Shown: one piece after another, positions 26,036 to 41,014 of the stretch
Layout of the letters: the number at the start of each line of letters is the position of its first letter
How positions within the stretch are numbered: the first letter of the stretch is position 1
DNA from: Octopus vulgaris
Lineage: Eukaryota
Direction of reading: 5' to 3'
DNA length: 64,000 bases
Assembly: GCA_951406725.2 (NCBI GenBank)
Contig: OX597818.1
Coordinates: 47,926,001 to 47,990,000, forward strand
Notes under the pieces: model-generated
Database searches by the model: none
Told to the model about the DNA's origin: nothing
Seen by the model: only the letters and a program-made list of their open reading frames with translations
Position numbers and translations under genes: made by a program

Positions 26036-26171
26036 AGCTTGCTTACCATTTACATGGTTCCGGGTTCAGTCCCACTGCGTGGCACCTTCGGCAAGTGTCT
26101 TTTACTATAGCCTCGGGCCAACCAAAGCCTTGTGAGTGGATTTGGTAGACGGAAACTGAAAGAAGCATGTC

Positions 26172-26248
<77 letters not shown>

Positions 26249-26472
26249 TGTATGTGCATATGTTTTTGTGTGTCTGTGTTTGTCCCCGACCAACATCGCT
26301 TGACAACCGATGCTGCTGTGTTTACATCCCTGTAACTTAGCGGTTCGGGAAAAGAGACCGATAGAATAAGTACTAGGCTTACAAAGAATAAGTCCCGGGG
26401 TCGATTTGCTTGACTAAAGGCGCCGCTCCAGCATGGCCGAAGTCAAATGACTGAAACAAAAGAATAAAAGAA
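26036..26472 (+). mobile_element. SINE A, 5'-clipped
   Basis: Match to family. Confidence 0.88.
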
Positions 26473-26511
26473 TATATATATATGTATATATATATGTATA
26501 TATGTGTGTGT

Positions 26512-26618
<107 letters not shown>

Positions 26619-26754
26619 TGTATGTATGCATGTATGTTAAACTTTAACAAGAAAATACTTCTAAGTTTCAGCCTACAAACATACACACACACATACAAAC
26701 ATACATGCATATATACAAACATACATACATAATACATGCATGCATACAAAAATA

Positions 26755-26964
26755 CAGGGTGCGGCAGAAACACTTCCCACATTTTAAACGTTCGCCTATG
26801 TGTTGCTAATGAACTTATATGCAAGTGTCAATAATATTTTCATTTAGCTAATGAACAAAAACTGTAACACTTTGTTTAAACAACAGTAAAATTACTTTTT
26901 CACAAATGTTTCTTTTTTCTTTTGTCAACCTTTCAAATGTGGGAGGTATTTCTGCCGCACCCTG
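26755..26964. mobile_element. Tc1/mariner MITE
   Basis: TIRs CAGGGTGCGGCAGAAA / TTTCTGCCGCACCCTG, flanked by TA. Confidence 0.88.
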
Positions 26965-27345
26965 TATACACGTGAATACACTACATATGTAGTGTTTCTA
27001 TATTTATTCTATACTTGAAGACTCAAGTATTATATAAAGAAACTTCATGCACCAATGTGTATTTCTGGGAATGTTTTAGTGTAAACGATCTATTTCATTT
27101 TATTCATTCAGTTTATTTGTCTACGTTACTTATATCCCAATTTATTTTCATTTATCTTCAATTTTTTAAAAATCTTTTACTTGATTCACCCCTTAGACTG
27201 CGTCCATCCTGGGGCACTGCCTTGTAAGAATATGTATATATTTTTTTCTCAGTCTGACACCGTATTCTATCGGTTACTAAGCACACCGACAGAGCGATTG
27301 TCAAACGGTGGTTGGGAGACAAACATAGGCACAAAGACCCTCCCC

Positions 27346-27386
<41 letters not shown>

Positions 27387-27401
27387 TATTTATATACACA
27401 C

Positions 27402-27476
<75 letters not shown>

Positions 27477-27540
27477 CTTTTTTGAGTAATGAGATAAAGA
27501 AAAACCAAGGCTGTATAGATATTAGAGCATTTATAGATAG

Positions 27541-27595
27541 GTCTTACAGCTGTTTCTAGAATATTAATAAATAATAATATCCCTTCATCGGAGAC
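27541..27595 (-). ncRNA. Minimal type I hammerhead (U4C variant) in a Penelope-like fragment (about 27473-27678)
   Basis: GTCT-CCGATGA-a-GGGATATTA..TAATATTCT-a-GAAA-CAGCTG-TA-AGAC; palindromic stem III. Confidence 0.7.
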
Positions 27596-27699
27596 GGTTT
27601 GAGAGGAAAAGTTTCGATGTGATATAAATAGAGAGGGAGGAAAGAAAATAGATGTAAGATATGTATGGTTATTGAGTTACACACACACACATATATTTT

Positions 27700-28107
27700 T
27701 TACTCTTTTACACTTTTACTTGTTTCAGTCATTTGACTGCGGCCATGCTGGAGCACCACCTTTAGTCGAGCAAATCGACCCCGGGACTTATTCTTTGTAA
27801 GCCCAGTACTTATTCTATTGGTCTCTTTTGCCGAACCGCTAAGTTACGGGGACGTAAACACACCAGCATCGGTTGTCAAGCAATGCTAATGGGACAAACA
27901 CTGACACACAAACATACACACAAATACATATATATATACATATATACGACGGGCTTCTTTCAGTTTCCGTCTACCAAATCCACTCACAAGGCATTGGTCG
28001 GCCCGAGGCTATAGTAAAAGACATTTGCCCAAGATGCCACGCAGTGGGACTGAACCCGGAACCATGTGATTGGTAAGCAAGCTACTTACCACAAATCCAC
28101 TCCTGCG

Positions 28108-28110
<3 letters not shown>
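27700..28110 (-). mobile_element. SINE A
   Basis: Full-length; its head is duplicated in inverted form at 28141-28190. Confidence 0.9.
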
Positions 28111-28145
<35 letters not shown>

Positions 28146-28187
28146 CGCAGGGGTGGTTTTGTGGTAAGTAGCTTGCTTACCAATCAC

Positions 28188-28238
<51 letters not shown>

Positions 28239-29239
28239 AGCTCATGAGCTGAAACTAGAATCAATCAATCAATATATATATATATACACACACACACACA
28301 TACATATATATATAGAGAATGCTGCTTCAGAAAATTTTTAGCCGTTGTTTTAATATTGTGTAAAAGGAAACAAACATTAAAAAAAATTAATAATACATAA
28401 ACTTGATCGGTTCGCGTTTTAGCCACTGCCGGGTAGTGTGTTTAATTTGTTCACTGAATACCGCCGCGAATTTGCTCTTATTTTTAAAAAACCTCACCTC
28501 AATCTGCCCTATTTTTCAAATCCTGGCAGCAACATCGAAGCTGGAAGCAGGATAATAATGAAATTTTAAACTATATCACACTCAAGAATATAAACACGTT
28601 TTTAAGCACAACACACGCGGAGCCAAAAAGAAACACTGCCTTTCACCAGCACTGTCGTTCACGCAGTGCTTTCTCTCCCTAGTGTGAAGCTTCCTGTCTC
28701 GGACATGTGAGCATGCACACAACAGCCAAACACCGCGTCGCCGAAATTGAAGTGCACAGTTCTATACATGTTTTTTGTATTCTTTTCATAAACTAGGGGA
28801 TGGCTACTGATATTAAGCTTAAGGATTATATAATGCACAAGTATAAAGAAAGAATTAAAGAAAAAAGGATTCATTATATTGAACGTTATCAATAATACCG
28901 AGTGGAAATAGGGGATGCTTCAGTTCCGTAGTTCCCATATACGAGCCATTACTGGTAGATAGTAAATTGCATACAGATGGAGAAATACCGATTTCGAGCA
29001 CGGGATTAAGTGCAGAGATTGGTGCAGGGAAGAGATAGTCGGTTATATTGATCCTTGTAGTTCGTCAGTATATGAGAGGGATAGGAAATGAAGTTGAGAG
29101 ATTTTGGTGGGATTTGATGTCAGAGCGTAAATATTTAGAAAAAATGCTGCAAAACAGAGATTACTAGATGAGTTTTCTGCCAGTACATTGGTTCGAGACC
29201 GCGAATATCTGTTGAGCTCGTTCTCCAGAAAAAAAAAAA

Positions 29240-29533
29240 CGTGACCGACCAGACGATCAAATGTTGTTACACATCGCTGGTCACAATGCGTTCGCATTGT
29301 TTTAGCCTTCGAATGACGCCACCCCGCAGGCTAAGCGAGCAGGCCAGCAGAAGAAAGAGTGGGAGAAAGAGTGGTGAAAGAGTACAGCAGGGATCACCAC
29401 CCCCTGCCGGAGCCTCGTGGAGCTTTTAGGTGTTTTCGCTCAATAAACACTCACAACGCCCGGTCTGGGAATCGAAACCGCGATCCTGCGACCGCGAGTC
29501 CGCTGCCCTAACCACTAGGCCATTGCGCCTCCA
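29240..29533 (-). mobile_element. SINE C with an alternative 3' half
   Basis: Head GGAGGCGCAATGGCCTAGTGGTTAGGGCAG...GGTTTCGATTCCC; diverges from the 21233 copy after about 180 bp. Confidence 0.8.
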
Positions 29534-29534
29534 C

Positions 29535-29586
<52 letters not shown>

Positions 29587-29599
29587 TGTGTGTGTGTGT

Positions 29600-29820
29600 T
29601 TGTGTGCCTGTGCTTGTCCGCCCCCCAACATCGCTTGACAACCGACCGATGCTGGTGTTTACGTCCCCGTAACTTAGCAGCTCGGCAAAAGAGAACCGAT
29701 AGAATAAGTACTAGGCTTACAAAGAATAAGTCCTGGGTTCGATTTGCTCGACTAAAGGCCGTGCTCCAACATGGCTGCAGTCAAATGACTGAAACAAGTG
29801 AAAGAGAAAGAGTAAAAGAG
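29600..29820 (+). mobile_element. SINE A 3' half
   Basis: Begins at the internal microsatellite. Confidence 0.85.
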
Positions 29821-30092
29821 AGACGGCCAGACTGCTTCGGATGGACTTGCCGCAAAGTATTTTGTCCGAAACCGGAGATTCTGCCTTTCCACAACCCTTC
29901 AAACGCGGCCATTCTTTCTAATTTTGGCACAAGACCACCAATTTCAAGGGGCGTGGCAAGTGGATTACATCGACCCCAGTGCACGACTGGTACTTATTTT
30001 ATCGATCCCCAAATCGATGAAAAGACAAGGTAGCCTCGGCAGCAAATGCGAAAATATTGAAGATGAATTCTACAGTTATTTTCCATGTTTAT

Positions 30093-30500
30093 ACTCTCTT
30101 TTACTTGTTTCAGTCATTTGACTGTGGCCATGATGGAGCACCGACTTTAGTCGAGCAAATCGACCCCAGGACTTATTCTTTGTAAACCTAGTACTTATTC
30201 TATCGGTCACTTTTGCTGAACCGCTAACTTACGGGGACGTAAAGACACCAGCATCGGTTGTCAAACGATGTTGGGGGGACAAACGCAGACACACAAACAT
30301 ATACACATACGTACATATATATATACATATACATATTTACGACGGGCTTCTTTCAGTTTCCGTCTACCAAATCCACTCACAAGGCTTTGGTCGGCCCGAG
30401 GCTACAGTAGAAGACACTTGCCGAAGGTGCCACGCAGTGGGACTGAACCCGGAACCGTGTGGTCCGTAAGCAAGCTACTTACCACAAAGCCACTCCTGCT
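30093..30500 (-). mobile_element. SINE A
   Basis: Full-length. Confidence 0.9.
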
Positions 30501-30657
30501 ACTCCTATACTTTGATATTCTGCTGTACTATATTTAACTATGAGAAACGCTTGGAAATTTGCGATAGCATAAAGCTATCTATATTAAATTATTAGTTTCC
30601 ACCATGTGTCTACCCATACCTGAAATCAACCACTCATACATAATCTTCATATTCTAA

Positions 30658-30881
30658 GGTGGCGAGCTGGCAGAAACGTTAGCACGCCGGGCGAAATGCT
30701 TAGCGCTATTCGCTTGCCGTTACGTTCTGAGTTCAAATTCCGCCGAGGTCGACTCTGTCCTTCATCCTTTCGGGGTCGATTAAATAAGTACCAGTCACGC
30801 GCTGGGGTCAATATAATCGACTTAATCCGTTTGTCTTTCCTTGCTTGTCCCCTCTATGTTTAGCCCCTTCTGGGCAATAAA
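30658..30881 (+). mobile_element. SINE B
   Basis: Full-length. Confidence 0.9.
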
Positions 30882-30906
30882 AATTTTTTTTTTAAATATG
30901 ATCATA

Positions 30907-31070
30907 GGCGCAGGAGTGGCTGCGTGGTAAGAAAGCTTGTTTACCAACCACATGGTTCCGGGTTCAGTCCCACTGCGTGGCACCTTGGGCAAGTGTCTTC
31001 TACTATAGCCTCGGGCCGACCAAAGCCTTGTGAGTGGATTTGGTAGACGGAAACTGAAAGAAGCCCGTCG

Positions 31071-31122
<52 letters not shown>

Positions 31123-31340
31123 TGTGTGTGTTTGTGTGTCTGTGTTTGTCCCCCTAACATTGCTTGACAACAGATGCTGGTGTGTTTATGTCCCCGTTAC
31201 TTAGCGGTTCGGCAAAAGAGAACGATAGAATAAGTACTGGTCTTACAAAGAATAAGTCCCGGGGTCGAGTTGCTCGATTAAAGGCGGTGCTCCAGCATGG
31301 CCGCAGTCAAAATGACTGAAACAAGTAAAAAAAAAAAAAA
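30907..31340 (+). mobile_element. SINE A
   Basis: Full-length. Confidence 0.9.
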
Positions 31341-31929
31341 TTCAATGAAGTCGCCTACCCTAGGTGTAAGCATGGCTCTAGCATGGCCGTAGTCGAGTGT
31401 CTAAAACATTTAAAAGCTTAAATATATCCTATTATTAGTTCATCACTCTCAAGACCATATCAACTTGTAGCAAAACTGCTCACTCAGTGGTAGCTACTAC
31501 CTTTTTCAATGAGACATCCAATCAGCTAGTGTTGTGCTAGCTGGACAGTTGTATAGACCACACCTTCCATAATTAGAAGCTTTGTGGTCTATGAGTGTCA
31601 TTGAGCGATCGGTATGTCGATTAGCACGAGCGCACGTGTCTAATAATTGGGTGAGTGAGTGAGTGAATGATTAAGTGTGTGTGTATGTGGGTGTGAGTTT
31701 GTATTATATTTGTACATATATGTGTGTGTGTATGTATGTATCTATGCATGCATGTATGTATGTATGTATGTATAACTATCATCATCATCATCTTTCTCTA
31801 AATATGTGTTCTTGGATATAGATATGTAAGGGGCGGTAGCAGTAGCCGCAAACAAGCACTCAAAGAAGTTGAAGAAATCCAGAAAGTGTGTGTGTGTATA
31901 TGTGTATATGTGTATATGTGTATATATAT

Positions 31930-32283
31930 ACTCTTTTACTCTTTTACTTGTTTCAGTCATCTGACTGCGGCCATGCTGGAGCACCACCTTTTAGTACTTA
32001 TTCTATCGGTCTCTTTTTGCCGAACCGCTAAGTGACGGGGACGTAAACACACCAGCATCGGTTGTCAAGCAATGCTAGGGGGACAAACATAAACACACAC
32101 ACATATACATATATATACATATATACGACAGGCTTCTTTCAGTTTCCGTCTACCAAATCCACTCACAAGGCATTGGTCGGCCCGGGGCTATAGCAGAAGA
32201 CACTTGCCCAAGATGCCACGCAGTGGGACTGAACCCGCAACCGTGTGGTTGGTTAGCAAGCTACTTACCACACAGCCACTCCC
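31930..32283 (-). mobile_element. SINE A with internal deletion
   Basis: Match to family. Confidence 0.88.
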
Positions 32284-32361
32284 ATATATATATATATATA
32301 TATAAGCAATAATAAATATCTGAGCGAGGTATAAACAGTAGCTGCACGACATCGTGAGTGT

Positions 32362-32410
<49 letters not shown>

Positions 32411-32616
32411 TCATACATATATACACATATATACACATATACACATGCATATATATATGCATGTGTGTGGTTGTGTGTGAGTGCAGATGTTTGGGTATAT
32501 GCGGGTGTATGTAGGTGAATTTGTGCCTACGTGTGCATCGTATATATTTTGTTTATATACCTGCGAATGAATTTGAACATCGTGTGTGTGTATATCTATC
32601 TATGTATGTATATATA

Positions 32617-33135
<519 letters not shown>

Positions 33136-34682
33136 GCATACACACACGCACATATATATATACGTATATACATGCATATATATGCATGTGTGTGGTTGTG
33201 TGTGAGTGCAAATGTGTGGGTATATGCGGGTGTATGTAGGTGAATGTGTGCCTACGTGTGTATTGTATATATTTTAGCTTGTATACCTGCGAATAAATTA
33301 TTTGAACATCGTGTATTTGTGTGTATATATGCGAGTATGATGAGATCGTTGTTTCTGTTCGTTGTTACATAAATTTCTGTTAAAACATGCCTGTCTCCTT
33401 TCACTCCTGCAACCGACCCACGCGTCTGCCGGCCTCTGTATAAAACTCTTTTTAATTCTCTCTCTTTCTCTCTCACTCTGTCTGTCTCTGTGTCTCTGAA
33501 TCTCTGTCCCCCACTTTCTTCTCTGGCTTTTTCGCTCACTTTTTCGTTCATTTTATTCAAATAGTTTGCAGTAACAATTGCTTCCGTCTGTCCGCCTCTC
33601 CGTCCGATCGTACGTCCAGTTCTTTCTCATCATATCTCATCGCTCGCATTACGCTCTTCTTTCTCGATTCAACCTTTCGCTCTGTTATCTAATAGCATTT
33701 ATTCACTTCCTCTCTCATTTAGTCCATGCTCCTGCTAACTCCCTCTTCTCCTCATCTTTGTCTCACTGTTGAATCGTCAACTTTCCGCCTCTATCCAGCA
33801 TGGCTTGACCATCAATTGTCACAGTATAAGCAGGCAGTAGTAAATTTCCCCGGGGAATAAATTAGCCAAAATGACCAGCACGTTGTACAATAGTCGAAGA
33901 ATCAACCTCTGTCATTATTATTATAATCAGTTTGACGAAATTCATGCTATTTTTGAATAATTATTTACTAATGCCAGATCTGGTCTGCTATTCTTTGGCT
34001 CTCTAGAGAAACCCGTTCAGAATGGACAAGTGAACCAGCTGTAACCTAGACTCAGTAGATGACTTCTCACAATAAATGACTTTTCCATATTCAGCAAATC
34101 CGCCAAAATTATTTATGTTGGTTAAAAAAGAAGAAGGAAAAAGAAAAGAAAAGAAAAACAAGAAATCTTTTAAACGGTGATGTCCATTGAAAAGCATAAA
34201 GCTGTATATAGTTACAGGTAACATCTGAGTTACCGTCACAAAATTTTAATAATTTTCCACTAAAATCTTTTGTCAGAAATCTTTATGAAACATCGATAAA
34301 ATATCAACTATAATTGTAAGGGAAGATTATTGATTATAATCAATAATTTCCCCCTAAAATCCTGGCTTCAGGTCATTGTTAGTGCAGAATCGCCGCTATC
34401 ACATACAGTAAGTCTTGGTCATTTTCAGTAAGAAAGAAAGGGTGAGAGATAGTAAAGAATCGACCACATTACAGATATTTATTTATTTATCAACCTTGAA
34501 ACGAAGAATGGCGGTATTTGAACTCGGAGAGTAACGATTACTGAAAAAGCAAACTAGCCAGCATCTCCAACGATCCAGCAAGCAGCTACCACTTTGCGAT
34601 AAATGTATATAATAATATCTACTATAATAAAAAAAAAGACCAAAAACTGCAACAATATTCTTTAGAAAACTGAATACTTACA

Positions 34683-35369
<687 letters not shown>

Positions 35370-35370
<1 letters not shown>

Positions 35371-35822
35371 TGGGTGCAGGACGTCACCAACAGTAAACAA
35401 CATGAAGTACAAAAACAAATGAGTTCAATACGCAAACAACGAGAGAAACATATAAAAAACAGGGCAAGTAACATAAAGGACGACCCTTCATCAGTTGTCG
35501 GCTGTCTATCTACTTCTCATTTCGAACATTGAACGACAGTGTGCGTCTTCGAAGACAGTTGCTCCCATAAGTTCTAAAATAAAATTTAGGATTTATGGAG
35601 GGCCTAAGTTGGGAACAGAAACAGGGCAGTGGAAACATGTAAGGAAACCGAACGAAAACAAACATGGAAAGTCGTCAGATAAGAACGAGGGTGAAATAGC
35701 GAACGCCGGAAAAATACGATAGAAGAGAGAGTAGGATACGTCCAGTCCCTAGGACTGTCCTGAAAGAAAGAAATGTTCACGCGAGGAAAAGAAAGATGGA
35801 CGATGGTCACGTGTGAACAACG
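35370..35822 (-). mobile_element. Probable Penelope-like terminal fragments abutting (TA)n
   Basis: T-rich minus-strand tails running into (TA)n, as in the hammerhead-bearing fragments; no convincing full ribozyme fold. Confidence 0.35.
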
Positions 35823-36159
35823 AGAGAGAGAGAGAGAAAAGGAGAGAGGGGGAGAGAGACAGATAGAAAACACTGAAGGGGAAAAAGGGAATTAGAGAAA
35901 GGATGAGAGAGAAAACGATGGCGAGAAAATAGTATAGAGTAGAGTCGCATCAAAAAGATTAAAATAAACTTACGTGGAAATATATGCGTGGCGTTCAATC
36001 AAGTAATAATATTACTGAGTATTACTCAGTCCAGGAATTAAGCTCACCGTCATATGATCATGGGTCCAACACCCGTCGGCACTAGACGGTTTATTCACTA
36101 AATATCAATCCCTTTTTTTTTAATTATATATGTAACAGATATACTCTTAGATAGATATA

Positions 36160-36375
36160 CGAGTGGATGCTGAAAAGTTCCCGGCTTTAATATATCGCGA
36201 AAGGCCTGACTGGAGGCTCTACCATCCGAGTTCTTTTACTGAGCTTAGAAAAACTGAAGGACCGCGGCAATAAGTGTGTGATTCTGAGAGGGGAATATGT
36301 TGAATAAAATCATAATTAACTGATCCTTCTGTATTTTCTTTTATCCAAAGCCAGAAACTTTTCGGCACCCACTCG
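36160..36375 (+). mobile_element. mariner deletion derivative
   Basis: TIRs CGAGTGGATGCTGAAAAGT / ACTTTTCGGCACCCACTCG, TA flanks, C-terminal LEKLKDRGNKCVILRGEYVE*; partial copy at about 42340-42455. Confidence 0.85.
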
Positions 36376-36934
36376 TACTCTATTTAATTTTACCATTTCG
36401 TTTTAATTTACCACCAGTGAAACTGTTTCCACGATAGATATAACGGTCGGTTCCTACACCATTGTGGTTGCTTTATTCTGTTGGCCAAAAGTGATGCTTG
36501 TGAACGCTTAGACTACTTAGAGGTCTAAGCGTGCGTTGACACTAAATATCTTAACGCTAAATTCAAGTATTTATTTATATACGAGACGGAAAATAAGTTT
36601 GCAAGAAAAGCCAGTCCAAGATTTCTTAGTGTTGTGTAGTACCGAGTCAGATCTGATTGAGCAAATCCGTGATAAAAAGTATTTCAGCCATGATCATCTC
36701 GCCTGTTTTTGTATATTTGAAGTGCTACATTAAACAATCTGCCTTTCATTTTTTAAAAGCATGGATATGGTTAGAGAAAATTTGGCTGCAGTTTATAGAA
36801 GATGGAGAGATCAGGTAGAGGCTCCATTTTAGAAGTGTAGCAAACAAATCACGTGATGAATTATAACATAGCTTGCTTACGGAGCAGTCAAATAACTTTC
36901 TTTTAAATTCAATCCAGCTGCTTTTAATAATGAT

Positions 36935-37140
36935 TTCAGATTATGGCACACAGCCAGCAATTTTTAGGGGAGGGGTAAGTCTATGACATCGACCCAATGC
37001 TCAACTGGTATTTAATTTATCGACCCCGAAGGGATGAAAGGAAAAGTCGTCCTCGGCGTAATATGAACTCAGAACGTAACAAACGGATGAAATGCCGCTA
37101 CAGATTTCGCCCGGTGTGCTAACGATTCTGCCAGCTCACA
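36935..37140 (-). mobile_element. Older SINE B variant
   Basis: Diverged match. Confidence 0.75.
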
Positions 37141-37227
37141 GACTTAGTTGTTTTTCATAATGACAATGCGAAGATACTGTAGAATTTTTGTGGAGAAACA
37201 GACTACTTCAGATATCACATAATAAAG

Positions 37228-37564
37228 AATCCCTTCGGTCCTGAATGATCATGGGATTGTACTTAGAATGTTACTCTCCGAAGCAAGTCCAGGCAAGGTT
37301 TTTTTTTTTTTTTATGGAAGACCAACAGTCGCCCATGCATACCAGCCTCCCCTCTCCACGCCACCGATGTTATCCAAGGGAAAGGCAAAGGCCGATACGG
37401 CTTGGCACCAATGACGTCACAGCTCATTTCTACATCTGAGTGAACTGGAGCAATGTGAAATAAAGTCTTGCTCAGGGACACAGCACACAGCCCTGTCCGG
37501 GTATCAAACTCACTACCTCATGATTGTGACCCCGACGCTCTAACCACTGAGCCATGCACCTTCA
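37228..37564 (-). mobile_element. tRNA-headed SINE family D
   Basis: Minus head TGGCTCAGTGGTTAGAGCG...GAGTTTGATACCC, followed by GTGTCCCTGAGCAAGAC (CORE/V-domain-like). Confidence 0.75.
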
Positions 37565-37624
37565 TACCACATAATGATCTTTACATAATTTTCTATGATG
37601 AAAGTGATTACTAATTATCTACAT

Positions 37625-38382
37625 ATATCTTCGCTATTCTTCGGCCGGTATGGAAGTCCACTGCCATCTCAACTCGAACTAAACTCCGCTTATTTAGTTC
37701 AAACGTAAACTCTGTGCTTTTGTTTGGCCCTGAAACATGGAGAGCCACCTGCAGCAACTACAAGAAGATCCAGACCTTCATCAACAAATGTCTCCGGCAG
37801 ATCCTACATCTGAAAGCGGTGAACTGGCAGAAACGTTAGCACACCGGGCGAAATGCTTAGCGGTATTTCGTCTGCCGTTACATTCTGAGTTTAAATTCCG
37901 CCGAGGTCGACTTTGCCTTTTATCCTTTCGGGGTCGATAAATTAAGTACCAGTTACGCACTGGGGTCGATGTAATCGACTTATTATCTATGTCTGTCCTT
38001 GTTTGTCCCCTCTATGTTTAGCCCCTTGTGGGTAATAAAGAAATAGATCCTACATCTGAAGTGGTTCGACAGTGCCAAACACCGAATTGTGGGATAGGGC
38101 CAACCAGGAGCCCATACATGTTCAGATTAGACGAAGGAAATGGAGATGAATTGTGGACACACTGCGGAAAGAACCCTCAAATGTGACATGACAAGCACTT
38201 GACTGGAACCCGCAGGGGAAAAGGAAGCGAGCATGGAAGTGGAGCATTTGGACGAGCTCAGGACCACCGGCCTGACATGGGAAGCAGCCAAGAAACATGC
38301 CAATGACCGCAAAAAGTGGAAAACAACTGTTGAGGTCCTATGCTCGACAAGGGGCAAAAAAGATTAAGAAGAATAATAAGAA
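37625..38382 (+). mobile_element. RTE-clade LINE 3' fragment interrupted by SINE B
   Basis: VWKSTAISTRTKLRLFSSNVNSVLLFGPETW...IQTFINKCLRQIL...ELWDRANQEP...QALDWNPQGKRKR. Confidence 0.85.
37815..38044 (+). mobile_element. SINE B with perfect 16-bp TSD
   Basis: AGATCCTACATCTGAA at 37799-37814 and 38045-38060. Confidence 0.95.
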
Positions 38383-38713
38383 TTATCTACATAGAAATAA
38401 CTAAAATGTTATGCAGAAGTGGACAGAAAAAGATAAAGAATCACATCAACTTAGTTGTTGATTTAAAAACACTAAGTTAATTTCATCATCATCTCTTTTG
38501 TAACTGATACAATTGGAATGCGATACAACAATTTCATTGACTGTTCACTATAAAGATAAACATAGATGTATTCCAGAAAACAGCAATACTGGGATGTGCA
38601 AACCCGTTATTTGTTAACTGTAATTTTGTTAACCTTGAACATTTTTTTATGTGTGTTATCCAAGATATACCCAATTCTTCCTTTAAGGGAGGAACTGCCC
38701 ATATATTTCTCAG

Positions 38714-39861
38714 ATATTCTTTTCTACTCTAGGCACAAGGGACAAAATTTTGGAGGAAGGGGCCAGTTGATTAGATCGACACCAGTACGCAACTGGTACT
38801 TAATTTATCGACCTCGAAAGGATGAAGGGCAAAGTCGACCTCGGCAGAATTTGAACTCAGAACGTAGCGGCAGACGAAATACTTATTTCTATTTCTTTAC
38901 TACCCACAAGGGGCTAAACACAGAGAGGACAAACAAGGATAGACAAACGGATTAAGTCGATTATATCGACCCTAGTGCATAACTGGTACTTATTTAATCG
39001 AGCCCGAAAGGATGAAAGGCAAAGTTGACCTCGGCGGAATTAGAACTCAGAACGTAGCGGCAGACGAAATACCTATTTCTTTACTACCTACAAGGGGCTA
39101 AACACAGAGAGGACAAACAAGAACAGACAAACGGATTAAGTCGATTATATCGACCCCAGTGCGTAACTGGTACTTATTTAATCGACCCCGAAAGGATGAA
39201 GGGCAAAGTCGACCTCGGCAGAATTTGAACTCAGAACGTAGCGGCAGACGAAATACTTATTTCTATTTCTTTACTACCCACAAGGGGCTAAACACAGAGA
39301 GGACAAACAAGGATAGACAAACGGATTAAGTCGATTATATCGACCTAGTGCATAACTGGTACTTATTTAATCGAGCCCGAAAGGATGAAAGGCAAAGTTG
39401 ACCTCGGCGGAATTAGAACTCAGAACGTAGCGGCAGACGAAATACCTATTTCTTTACTACCTACAAGGGGCTAAACACAGAGAGGACAAACAAGAACAGA
39501 CAAACGGATTAAGTCGATTATATCGACCTCAGTGCGTAACTGGTACTTATTTAATCGACCCCGAAAGGATGAAAGGCAAAGTCGACCTCGGCGGAATTTG
39601 AACTCAGAACGTAGCGGCAGACGAAATACCTTTTTCTTTACTACCCACAAGGGGCTAAACACAGAGGGGACAAACAAGGACAGACAAACAGATTAAGTCG
39701 ATTGCATCGACCCCAGTGCGTAACTGGTACTTATTTAATCGAGCCCGAAAGGATGAAAGGCAAAGTCGACCTCGGCGGAATTTGAACTCAGAACGTAGCG
39801 GCAGACGATATGCCGCTAAGCATTTCGCCCTGCATGCTAACGACTCTGCCAGCTCGCCGCC
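38714..39861 (-). mobile_element. SINE B tandem concatemer (6 units of about 185 bp)
   Basis: One head at 39861, repeated headless units, last unit with the alternative tail. Confidence 0.92.
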
Positions 39862-40066
39862 TTATTAAAAGTAAAGGTAATAAAGGTTTAAAGTTTTGGC
39901 TCAGGGCAAGCGACTGGGGTGTGATGACTTTGGCAATATTTTATCTCAGAATGTAAAGAGTGAGAAGAATTGTTGATAGGCAATTTTTTTCTGACGTTTT
40001 TAAGATTGTTTCAACTTAACGGTCGGATCACTTCGTGCTATTTATTTTATTGAAGAGAGAGAGAGA

Positions 40067-40128
<62 letters not shown>

Positions 40129-40316
40129 CTTTATTCACTATAAGGTTGAGAAAAAGAGGGGACAAAACAAACGTTGGTGTCAGGGTATCGAATGAGACGA
40201 AACATATGAATAAACAAACAATTAATATATATACAATTAAATGAGAATGAGTGATTAACAAAAAATGAAGCGGAGGACGCGGTCGACCCCACAAACCACA
40301 TACTCACACTGAAGAC

Positions 40317-40382
<66 letters not shown>

Positions 40383-41014
40383 TGACGCCGGTCTGTTACA
40401 GGGTTAGCGATTTTTGAGTGGTGGGGCGCAAGTCGACCACATTGACCCGAATACTGGACTGGTACTTTATTTTATCGACCACGAAGAAATGAAAGCTAAA
40501 GTTGACATCGGTGGGATTTGAACTCGGAACGTAAAGAGCCGGGAGAAATGCCACAAAGCATTTTGTTCGACACAAACACGATTCTGCTGGCACGCCTCCT
40601 TGATATGAATATCCACTCTACCACAAAGAGAGACAGAGAGACACAGACAGACAGACAGACAGAAAGAGAGAGAGAACATTCCAGTCCCACCTTGAATTTT
40701 GTGAAGATTTTATTCCTCCGAGGCCCGAAAAATGCCTTCTTCTGCTTTGCAAAATTTCTCTCAGAGACCCCGCTTCACGCCGCACATCAGTCATAGTGTC
40801 TTCCCCCTTCTCCTCCCTTCTTCTCCTTCCACCAGTCTTAGCAACCCTCCAAAAGGTCATGAGGTCTTTTGTTACTAACCTGAAAGCTTGTGAAATAATA
40901 CCGATAGCTAAATCTTCATTTTTTTCTTTAATCCGTCACCACTTAACAACTTTCGTTTCCAAATGTACAAAAAAAAGTAAAAAGAAAAAGAAAAAATCTA
41001 ATTAAAAAATTGCT

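Noticed and set aside
28900-29220. Possible LINE endonuclease remnant on minus (DIRGL)
   Set aside because: Only one short motif; too degraded to support
29455-29533. tRNA-like sequence
   Set aside because: Continues into a SINE body shared with other copies and lacks a proper acceptor stem; it is a SINE head
35475-35530. Minus-strand GAAA...CTGATGA as a type II hammerhead
   Set aside because: Stems I-III do not pair convincingly
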